The position numbers and the translations under genes are program-made. From assembly GCA_965222605.1 (NCBI GenBank), contig OZ244960.1, forward strand, positions 3,392,001 through 3,456,000: 64,000 nt of DNA, read 5' to 3'. The stretch comes from Candidatus Latescibacterota bacterium. Lineage in GTDB: Bacteria; Latescibacterota; UBA2968. The notes below the pieces were generated by a model. That model saw only the letters and a list, made by a program, of their open reading frames with translations. It did no database searches and was not told the DNA's origin. Positions 20,310 through 28,181 of the stretch are shown here, piece by piece (position 1 is the stretch's first letter; the number at the start of each line of letters is the position of its first letter).

Positions 20310-21086
20310 TCAACGCGTTTCTGCAATCACCGGATTACGCAAGATTCCGATCCCCGAAATCTCAATCTCGATCGTATCGCCGGGGGCAAACGGCCCCACC
20401 CCGGACGGTGTTCCGGTCATGATCACGTCGCCCGGCAGCAGGGTCATCGCCTCGCTGATGTAGGAAATCAGCTGGGCAACCGAAAACAGCAAATCGGATG
20501 TATTGGCCTGCTGCCTGACCTCACCGTTCAGCCGGGTGGTCACGTCCAAATGGGTCGGATCCAGCCCGGTTGCAATCACCGGACCGAGGGGACAGAAGGT
20601 ATCGAACCCCTTCCCGATGAGCATACAGCCCAACGCCATTTCAGCCGCCTGAATCACGCGTTCGCTCACATCGTTGCCGCAGGTATAGCCCAGCACGCAG
20701 TCCAGGGCTTCCGCATCCGGCACCCTTCGGGCCGTCTTCCCGATGACAACGGCCAGCTCGCATTCGTAATGGATCTCCTTACCTTGATGGGGATAGACGA
20801 TCGGCTCTTCGGGGCCGATGACCCCGGTAGAAGGCTTCATAAACAGCATCGGAAACGGGGGCGGATCCTGGCCGCTTTCGCGGGCGTGTTCTGAGTAGTT
20901 CAAACCCACCCCGATGACCCTGGGGGCTTCGACCGGTGCGAGCACACGCACCCGATCCAGATGTGTAACCACATCGCTGGTATCCAGGCTTTCGAAGGGA
21001 GAACCGGTCAGCCTGCGAACCGTACCATCCTCCTCCAGAATGCCATAATGGATTTCCCCATCGGCACTATACCGTAGAATCTTCAT
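20310..21086 (-). CDS. Fumarylacetoacetate hydrolase family
   Basis: VGLNYSEH, YECELAVVIG, NDVSER, GDVIMTGTPSGV. Confidence 0.93.
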   Translation of the reverse strand: MKILRYSADGEIHYGILEEDGTVRRLTGSPFESLDTSDVVTHLDRVRVLAPVEAPRVIGVGLNYSEHARESGQDPPPFPMLFMKPSTGVIGPEEPIVYPHQGKEIHYECELAVVIGKTARRVPDAEALDCVLGYTCGNDVSERVIQAAEMALGCMLIGKGFDTFCPLGPVIATGLDPTHLDVTTRLNGEVRQQANTSDLLFSVAQLISYISEAMTLLPGDVIMTGTPSGVGPFAPGDTIEIEISGIGILRNPVIAETR

Positions 21087-22039
21087 TTTTTTCTCCTTTC
21101 AGACATTCCCTGTCCAGACCGGTCAGCGCTTTCCACAAAAGACCGGTAGCATGCGTTCATATCTGCTTCCTCCGCATCGCCGTCGTGAACAACAATCCGC
21201 ACCGCCAGATCCAGGACCCCATTCCGTTTGATTGCCACTTGCTTTTTCGCAAACGGATTCAGCGCCAGGATGCCCCAATCGGAAACGTACCAGGTCTTGC
21301 AGGCATCAGACGGATAGGAAAACAGGGCCACACCTGCCCGCCTGTTAGCTGCAACCGTTCCCGAACAGTCCACCCAATCGGCGCATTCTCCCGAAATCAC
21401 CTCGCTGCTGGAACGGCCGGCAGAATCGGTCAGCCTCCCCCCGCTGGTTACCCGCAACGCCTCTGCTATGCGGACTCCGAAATAGGCGTGCCGCGTAGGA
21501 CCAATATGGATATCCCAATCAGTCGGCCGTAACTGCGAGCGGATGTCGATCTGATTATTTACTTCGCCGGGATAGATATTGATCGTCCTGTTTTCGACGA
21601 GCAGGATGCGCCCCTCGGGAGCGGCCCACTCGGAGGGCCCCTGCCAGTTGAGCGTCTGAATCAACCGGAGGTGCGCTTGCGAGACTTCTATGCTTTCGAC
21701 CGACACGCTCAGGATGCGTCCGGGAGCGCGTCCCTGGAAGGTCTCGTTGACGTAAAAGTTATAGGTAGCCTCCTCATAGGCGCCTGTGGAGAAAGGCAGG
21801 TGGCAGTGCACATGGTCGGCGCCGATCCAGAGCGAATTGTGGTGCGGGTGATCCACTGGACTCTCGGTGGTCACGGCAAAGCCGGAAGGCGTGTACACCG
21901 GGAAGAGATAAGCGCGGAATGCCCCCTGGCTCAGGGACGCAATATCCCGTCCGCGCCAGCGCACGTTCAGCCGATGGGACTTGGCCCAGGCTCCACTGGA
22001 CAGAGAGACGATGTCGTCTTCAACGGAAAAGAACGGCAT
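21083..22039 (-). CDS. DUF6807 (PmoA-like) protein
   Basis: YLFPVYTPSG, DHPHHNSLWIG, ADWVDCSG. Confidence 0.75.
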   Translation of the reverse strand: MPFFSVEDDIVSLSSGAWAKSHRLNVRWRGRDIASLSQGAFRAYLFPVYTPSGFAVTTESPVDHPHHNSLWIGADHVHCHLPFSTGAYEEATYNFYVNETFQGRAPGRILSVSVESIEVSQAHLRLIQTLNWQGPSEWAAPEGRILLVENRTINIYPGEVNNQIDIRSQLRPTDWDIHIGPTRHAYFGVRIAEALRVTSGGRLTDSAGRSSSEVISGECADWVDCSGTVAANRRAGVALFSYPSDACKTWYVSDWGILALNPFAKKQVAIKRNGVLDLAVRIVVHDGDAEEADMNACYRSFVESADRSGQGMSERRKK

Positions 22040-22052
22040 GTTTACCCCTTCA

Positions 22053-23318
22053 TTAGTCCACTTTTTCCACTTCCAGATTTCCTTCGACTTCGACCTTGAT
22101 CACGGGAAGCCAGGCCGATTTCAACTCCTCGGAGATGGGTATGGTAAGGGTCTGAACACCGGGTCGCTCCAGATAAGCAGTACTGAAATTCAATGCTTCT
22201 CCTGTCGTGAGCAAAGAAAGCGTTTTCACGCGGTTTCTGAGATTGAATAAGGTAATGGTCTCCGAGGAAGTATCGAATAACGTCAGATAAAGCGTCGACT
22301 GCTTGCGGGTAACCCGTCCCCAGTCGAACTCCTGGAACCAGGGACTGCACTGGGTTTCATAAATAGCCTCTCCGTGAACCTGCATCCACTCGCCGATCTG
22401 CACCAGCCGGTCCACACTTGCCTGTGGGAAGGTTCCATCGGCCTTCGGGCCGACATTGAGCAGGTAATTCACACCTTTGGAAGTCAGATCCACCAGTGTT
22501 CGCAGCAAGGTATCGGTCGATTTCCAATCCTCATCGTATGAACAATAACCCCACGTATGATTCATCGTCCCCGGGCACTCCCAGGCTCCGTCCATACGGG
22601 CGGGCGGAATTTGATTGTCGCCCGTCACCCCATAGTCCCCCAGGCCACAACCCAATCTGGTCGTGGTCAGGCAGTCCGGTTGATATTCCTTGACCAGTTC
22701 GTAGAGTTCTCCAGCCTGCTTTTTCGTGATCCACCCCGGCGTATCGAACCAGACCAACAGCACATCTCCGTATAAGGTAAGCAGTTCGCGCAACTGGGGC
22801 TTTACTTTTGTATCCAGGTAGATATCGAGGTTGCGGTCTTCACTGTCGGGCCAATCCCACGTATTTCCGTGCGGATCCCGAGAGTGATAGTCGTCCCAAT
22901 CTCGGGCATGGGAATAATAGAAGCCGATCTTCAGACCCGCTTCTCTGCACGCCTCGCAAAGCGCTTTCAGAATATCCTTCCCATAAGGCGTGCTATCTAC
23001 AATGTTATAATCATCGTAGCCGGACGCAAACATGGCAAACCCATCGTGATGTTTGGCCGTGATCACAATGTACTTCATCCCGGCATCTCTGGCGATTTTC
23101 ACCCACTGATCGGGGCGGTATTTCACAGGGTTGAAATGCTCTGCCAGTTTGTGGTATTCGACGCGAGGAATTTTAAGTTCTCTCATGATATGTTCTTTGA
23201 CCGGCCCGCGTTGTCGCGTGCCGCGATATTCACCGGCGAGAACCGCGTACAGTCCCCAGTGAATAAACAGGCCGAATTTCATATCCTGAAATGCGTCGAG
23301 ACGCTTCTCCTCAGCCAT
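22053..23318 (-). CDS. Alpha-L-fucosidase (GH29)
   Basis: KFGLFIHWGLY, TAKHHDGF, VWFD nucleophile, WECPGTMNHTWGY, LLNVGP. Confidence 0.93.
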   Translation of the reverse strand: MAEEKRLDAFQDMKFGLFIHWGLYAVLAGEYRGTRQRGPVKEHIMRELKIPRVEYHKLAEHFNPVKYRPDQWVKIARDAGMKYIVITAKHHDGFAMFASGYDDYNIVDSTPYGKDILKALCEACREAGLKIGFYYSHARDWDDYHSRDPHGNTWDWPDSEDRNLDIYLDTKVKPQLRELLTLYGDVLLVWFDTPGWITKKQAGELYELVKEYQPDCLTTTRLGCGLGDYGVTGDNQIPPARMDGAWECPGTMNHTWGYCSYDEDWKSTDTLLRTLVDLTSKGVNYLLNVGPKADGTFPQASVDRLVQIGEWMQVHGEAIYETQCSPWFQEFDWGRVTRKQSTLYLTLFDTSSETITLFNLRNRVKTLSLLTTGEALNFSTAYLERPGVQTLTIPISEELKSAWLPVIKVEVEGNLEVEKVD

Positions 23319-23359
23319 TCCAATACACGCCTTTCTTTTTATAAACGCAATGTCTCTAC

Positions 23360-24853
23360 TCAGAGCACTTCTACTGTCCGTCGCTCCACTTCCTCCTGGT
23401 GGACCTGTCGCAAGCGGTCGCAAATGATGCGTTTTCTGTCTTCGGGGTCTTCTGTCGGGAACTGCATGCCGATGCGGGTGAACAGGGGTTTGTACCCGCG
23501 GGCGTGATTGAGTTGCGTGTCGGTGAGAAATGTTAGCAGCCTGTTGCGGAGACGCTGGGCTGTGTCTGCATGTGCGGACGACTGGGCAAGGTTCTGTATT
23601 TCATGCGGGTCGTTGTGCAGGTCGAACAGGCGTTCATTTTGGGCCTGGATGGACCATTTCCACCGGGCGTCGCGCACCATGTAGCAGAACTGGTCGTTGC
23701 GGGAGATTTCAGAGAAGACGGCATCGTGAACGCGGTCGGTCTCGCCGCTGACGATGGGGAGGAGTGAAACTGCCTGACAGTAGTCCGGGATTTCTGCGCC
23801 CGCCAGATCCAGGAAGGTTGGAAACAGGTCCAGGAAGGAGACCGGTGAGGCGTTGCGGTGTCCAGCAGTGCCGACGGGTGCGGCTGGTCCGCCGATGATG
23901 AGTGGTACGCGCGCCGATCCCTCTTCGAAGCCGGTTTTGGAGACGAGGCCGTGCTCACCCATGCGTTCTCCGTGGTCGGAGATAAATACGATGACGGTGT
24001 TTTCCCAGTTGCCGCGTTTTTTCAGGGCGGCTACGATTTCTCCAACGCGGTCGTCGAGATGGATGATCTTGCCCATGTACTGAGCGGTCATTTCGGCGAT
24101 GGCCTGGCGACCGTATTTGCAGCGTTTCTCGTTGTAGTTCTCTGGCAGGACGACATCGGCCGGATCGTACATTTTGGCGTATTTTCCGGGTGCGTCCAGA
24201 GGTGGATGAGGTCCGGGAAAACTGGCGCAGAGGAATAGGGGTTTGTCGGTGGGCGCGCGATCGAGGTACGCCAGGGTTTGTCGGCAGACATAGCCGTCCG
24301 GAGTCATGTCCGGTGGTAGCGGTGAGGGCCGGGGGGTGTATTGTCCATCTACGTAGCGGTCGCCGATGTCGGTGATAAAGGTGTCGAGGAGTCCCTCTTC
24401 TTTTAGCAGGCGGCTGTAGCCCGTTTTCAGGAAGGGTCCTTGAAATGGCGTTGAGGTTTCTTCAGCCCAGTCCAGGCCGAGTTGGTCGTAATAATCGCGG
24501 TAGTCTTCATAATCCTGACCCCATTCCAGGCTGAAGTAGTGGTATTTCCCGATTTTCGCGGTGGTATAGCCGGATTCTTGCAAGCAGCGGAAGAGTGTGA
24601 CTTGTTCGGGCGGGAATAGCATGCCGGTGTAGTTGCAAAAGAATCCGTGTGCGTGCGGGTAGAGGCCGCTGGCGAGCGATGCGCGCGCCGGCATACATAC
24701 GGGCGATGGCGTATAGGCCGCGTCGAAGATACAGCCGCTGGCTGCAAGCGCATCGAGGTGCGGGGTCTGGACCTGCGGGTGTCCCGCGCACCCCAGATAG
24801 CGCGCGTTCCACTGGTCGGAACAGATGAAGATGATGTCGGGTTGGGTATTCAT
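23360..24853 (-). CDS. Sulfatase (Cys-type S1)
   Basis: PDIIFICSDQ, CMPAR, GKYH, GPHPP, SDHGE. Confidence 0.93.
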   Translation of the reverse strand: MNTQPDIIFICSDQWNARYLGCAGHPQVQTPHLDALAASGCIFDAAYTPSPVCMPARASLASGLYPHAHGFFCNYTGMLFPPEQVTLFRCLQESGYTTAKIGKYHYFSLEWGQDYEDYRDYYDQLGLDWAEETSTPFQGPFLKTGYSRLLKEEGLLDTFITDIGDRYVDGQYTPRPSPLPPDMTPDGYVCRQTLAYLDRAPTDKPLFLCASFPGPHPPLDAPGKYAKMYDPADVVLPENYNEKRCKYGRQAIAEMTAQYMGKIIHLDDRVGEIVAALKKRGNWENTVIVFISDHGERMGEHGLVSKTGFEEGSARVPLIIGGPAAPVGTAGHRNASPVSFLDLFPTFLDLAGAEIPDYCQAVSLLPIVSGETDRVHDAVFSEISRNDQFCYMVRDARWKWSIQAQNERLFDLHNDPHEIQNLAQSSAHADTAQRLRNRLLTFLTDTQLNHARGYKPLFTRIGMQFPTEDPEDRKRIICDRLRQVHQEEVERRTVEVL

Positions 24854-24941
24854 GGGTGCTCCTCTGTTGATCTGGGTTCTTATCATTGGGGCTTATATAT
24901 TTAAATAACAAACGACCAATACACAATTACATTATTCTAAT

Positions 24942-24968
24942 CCCGTTATTTAATAACGGGGTTTTTTT
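24942..24968 (+). terminator. Terminator-like hairpin
   Basis: cccgttatt-t-aataacggg followed by gttttttt. Confidence 0.5.
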
Positions 24969-24988
24969 GTAGTTATATCCGAAACACG

Positions 24989-25017
24989 TTGACTTGCCTA
25001 CCAATACCCTTTATCTT
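24989..25017 (+). promoter_or_regulatory. sigma70-type promoter
   Basis: TTGACT-17 bp-TATCTT; predicted start near 25023-25024 coincides with the 5' arm of a long stem. Confidence 0.65.
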
Positions 25018-25023
25018 TTACAC

Positions 25024-25185
25024 GTCTATTGTCAAGCAAACCCGCTATGTCGGGTAGCTTGCTGAATATAATAGCCTTGTGCTTACATGGGGTAGCTCCC
25101 TATGTACAGGCAAATAGGCAAGATTTCCCGCACATCGTTTGCGCGACAATAGACCTGCCCGGCACTTTTCGGAGCAGGTTATTTT
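25024..25185 (+). ncRNA. Candidate structured small RNA of unknown family
   Basis: Perfect 10-bp closing stem GTCTATTGTC(25024-33)/GACAATAGAC(25145-54) enclosing three hairpins, then CCTGC-CCG...CGG-A-GCAGG-TTATTTT terminator; no plausible ORF. Confidence 0.55.
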
Positions 25186-25293
25186 AATATAAACAGGACT
25201 TACGCAAATCAATAGACAAAAGGGTATTCCATCCTTAAACTTCCCGCATAGGCGCGTAACGTGAACGAGGAGGAGTTTTGATGGACAAACCGA

Positions 25294-25323
25294 CCTGTCT
25301 GCGTGCGTACACGCACAGGCAGG
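25294..25323 (+). repeat. 30-bp hairpin mini-insertion (type C), in-frame
   Basis: cctgtctgcgtgcgtacacgcacaggcagg adds CLRAYTHRQA between MDKPT and SLDYCQY. Confidence 0.85.
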
Positions 25324-25379
25324 CCAGCTTGGATTACTGTCAGTATTTGCTCAGCAGTCCGATCAACTATACGCTGACG

Positions 25380-25431
25380 CCTGCCTGCTTGCCTGCGCGT
25401 TGCGCGCAAGCAGGTGCAGATGGCAGACAGG
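25380..25431 (-). repeat. 25-bp mini-insertion (type A) with a nested 27-bp mini-insertion (type B, 25388-25414)
   Basis: cctgcctg[cttgcctgcgcgttgcgcgcaagcagg]tgcagatggcagacagg splits the codons for TLT|HFADH. Confidence 0.85.
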
Positions 25432-26128
25432 CATTTTGCAGACCACAGCGAAGGCTTCAGCCATGATATGATCAATCGGTATCTGGCCGGAGATCGCATT
25501 GCCCCGCGCTTGGTCTGGGAACATGTCAAGTCGGCTATCGCATTAACGCCAAAGGGCTATGTGATCTTCGATGATACGGTCTTGGACAAACGCCATGCGC
25601 GAAAGATAGGACTTGTTCGTCGTCAATATAGTGGCAATGCCAAAGGGGTCATCAATGGCATCGGCGTGGTCACTTGCGTTTATGTCAATCCCGAACAAGA
25701 CCGGTTTTGGATCATTGACTATCGCATATATGACCCGCAAGGCGATGGCAAGACCAAGTTAGATCACGTCGTTGAGATGCTCTCCTTGTTGGTCTATCAA
25801 AAACACTTGCCTTTTCAGACGGTATTGATGGATAGTTGGTATGCGACCAAAGCTGTGATGCTACACATTGAGAAGTTGCAAAAAATCTATTATTGTCCCC
25901 TCAAGTCCAATCGGCGTGTGGACGATTCTTTAGGGCAATATCCCTATCAGCGAATAGATAGCCTGACTTGGACAGATAGCGAATCTCACGCAGGCAAACA
26001 CATTAAAATCAGAGGCTTTCCCAAAGACCACAAGGTGAAATTATTTCGGGTGGTGTCCTCTACCGGGCACACGGAACATGTCGTGACCAACGACAAGGCT
26101 CAAAAGGATACCCAAGTGGCACAACAGG

Positions 26129-26153
26129 CCTGTCTGCCAGAAGCACAGGCAGG
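26129..26153 (+). repeat. 25-bp hairpin mini-insertion (type A)
   Basis: cctgtctgccagaagcacaggcagg equals the reverse complement of the left type A except 3 central nt. Confidence 0.85.
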
Positions 26154-26157
26154 CGTG

Positions 26158-26184
26158 CCTGCTTGCGCGCCCCGCGCAGGCAAG
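26158..26184 (+). repeat. 27-bp hairpin mini-insertion (type B)
   Basis: cctgcttgcgcgccccgcgcaggcaag equals the reverse complement of the nested type B except 2 central nt. Confidence 0.85.
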
Positions 26185-26437
26185 TCACTGGCGCTGGAAA
26201 ATTGAGCAATTCCACCGAGAGGCAAAACAAGTCACAGGGCTTGAAAAATGTCAATGCCGCTTGGCACGCATTGTGCGAAATCACATTGGGTGTGCCTTCC
26301 TCGTTTGGCTACGCCTTGAGCAGGTCGCCTATCAAACACGACAATCCGTTTATCAGGTCAAATACGGCTTGTTGGATGACTATCTCAGACAACAACTCAA
26401 AGATCCCTCTATTCTCATGACCCTTGCGTAAGTCCTA

Positions 26438-26476
26438 ATAAAAATAGCGCGTTGGTTTGTGGAGAACCAACGCGCT
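26438..26476 (-). terminator. Intrinsic terminator-like hairpin (minus strand)
   Basis: agcgcgttggtt-tgtggag-aaccaacgcgct preceded on + by an A-run. Confidence 0.6.
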
Positions 26477-26830
26477 GGATCGGGGGTTTTGTTTTTACAC
26501 ATCTCACCAAGGATAGACGGATAATTTTTACCCGTCTCGCAATTTAAAAGCCTCCTATTTTCCAAAAAATAATAAAGTAATATTTTTGCGTCAAGTAAAA
26601 ATTGCTCATGGATAACTACCTTAACTTGTTTGTTTAATGGCAGTTATATTTAAAATAATCTTAACTTAGGAGAATAGTGTGGCTAAATCTTTATACGCAC
26701 AATACTTCGGACATTTTTTAAAAAAGGGATAGACAAAAAAGTGCCGTTCACACAGATTGGATGTCAAAGATTTTCCCAGTCAAAGGGATCTGTAACCCAA
26801 AATTTGAACCAGTTAGCAGGCTAATTCACG

Positions 26831-27732
26831 CTAAGGATCAGTCGTGATATTTCTCATAAGAATTGCCTGCACCACTTCTTGTGGCGTCTGGTAGCTCAGG
26901 GCAGAATGCCGTCGGCCCTGATTGTAATACGTCATTTGCTTGTCTATCACACAGATAAGTTCTGCCAAAGCGTCTGCTTGCATCATCAAAGTTTTGTTTT
27001 CGGTTTTGAAACGTCCCAGAAGGACTCAATCCACGGATTATCTTTTGCTCCGTTCATCGCAAAAGAAATCCCTGCACGTTCTTTGATCAACACACGATGT
27101 AACCAGTCGTATGAGGTATAAACTGAATCGCGGTCATGATGGATGAGGATGTCCGAAAGTCTCCTGTCCAAACAGGCCAAGTTATTTTGCAACTGATCCA
27201 AACAATAAATCGCCAGGGCACGATTGCGATGTGCGCCCACGCCAAAGCCTGCGATCCATCTGGTGTGGATGTCCAAAAAGGCCATTAACCACGCTTTTTT
27301 CTGTCCCTGGCAATAGCGTACTTCGGTAAAGTCGGTGCAAAAGACACACAGCGGATCAACGGTGCGGTTCTGAACTAAATTGGCGTCTTGTCCCACCTCG
27401 CTTATCAGCTTCAATACCGGATTCTTGCCACGTTTTGGCAGATGACGAGGTAAGTCCAACTCATAGGTTGACAAGAGCTTACGCAACCGCTTATGATTGA
27501 CCACGATGCCAGTACGGGCTTTTATATCTTCCTTGATGCGGCGATACCCATAACCAGGATGATGCCGGATCGTGGTTATGATCTCGTCCTTTATCTGCTC
27601 ATCTGATCTCGAACAAGATGCCTGACCGCGACGATAATGAAGCGTCCCTTTGGACAAGCCTAAGGCACGACAGCACATATTCAGACCATACCTGTCTTTA
27701 TGCCTTTCGACCAGTTCTACTTTCTCAGACAC
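26831..27732 (-). pseudogene. IS3 OrfB integrase core with 1-bp deletion near C-terminus
   Basis: YGYRRI, CTDFTE, HHDRDSVY, DNPWIESFW; a frame change near 27015 restores GRFKTE...YYNQGRRHSALSYQTP to a stop at 26831. Confidence 0.85.
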
Positions 27733-27734
27733 GT

Positions 27735-28020
27735 TCAGCGGGTGCCTAAAAAATTTTTGAGCAGAGCCAGTTCTACTTCTTTTTGACCCAGCAGGCGCTC
27801 CAGATCAGACACACGCGCTTCATACGTCTTGACGGTATCATTGCCAGAGAAAATCTCGGCACCGCTGTCTATAAACTGACGCTTCCATTTGGATAGACTC
27901 ACGGGATGCACATCGTAAGCACGAGCGACTTCTGCATCCTCTTTGTCCGAGGTCAGTGCCTCTAATACGATCTGGAACTTGAGTTTAGCGGAATAGGACT
28001 TCTTGGATCTCTTCGACATG
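27735..28020 (-). CDS. IS3 OrfA (HTH)
   Basis: MSKRSKKSYSAKLKFQIVLE...VARAYDVHP..LSKWKRQF; ends over AAAAATTTTTTAG, a potential -1 slippery site. Confidence 0.88.
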
Positions 28021-28181
28021 GTATCTCCTCCTGTTAGGTGAGAAAATACCACGCTGATACCCAATGTCAATTAGCCTTTATACCGGGTCAACTTTTGGGG
28101 CGCACCTCAATTTTCCATCTTTGGATCCGTTGGAGTCGTTCATATTTTCAGATTGCCTTCCCAGTTTGCTGCTTATACATC

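Larger units (their letters stand above)
25281..26431 (+). pseudogene. IS701-family transposase disrupted by five mini-insertions
   Basis: YCQYLLSS, FDDTVLDK, DSWYA, RWKIEQFHREAKQ, CQCRLARIVRNHI; removing 134 bp gives a continuous 338-aa frame. Confidence 0.9.
25194..26437 (+). mobile_element. IS701-family insertion sequence
   Basis: Terminal IRs caggacttacgcaa / ttgcgtaagtccta; flanking ATAAA direct repeat (25189-93, 26438-42). Confidence 0.9.
26786..28109 (-). mobile_element. IS3-family insertion sequence
   Basis: Imperfect 25-bp IRs tgaggtgcgccccaaaagttgaccc / ggatctgtaacccaaaatttgaacc; orfA plus orfB. Confidence 0.85.

Noticed and set aside
21083-22039. Methane monooxygenase subunit (from the PmoA-like family name)
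   Set aside because: A soluble protein without TM helices in a sugar-catabolic context; the family name is misleading.
25031-25061. Resemblance to a c-di-GMP-I riboswitch (GCAAACC) or a HEARO/IS605 5' hairpin
   Set aside because: It lacks the GNRA tetraloop/receptor and ACGCAAA elements, and there is no downstream regulated gene or tnpB/iscB.
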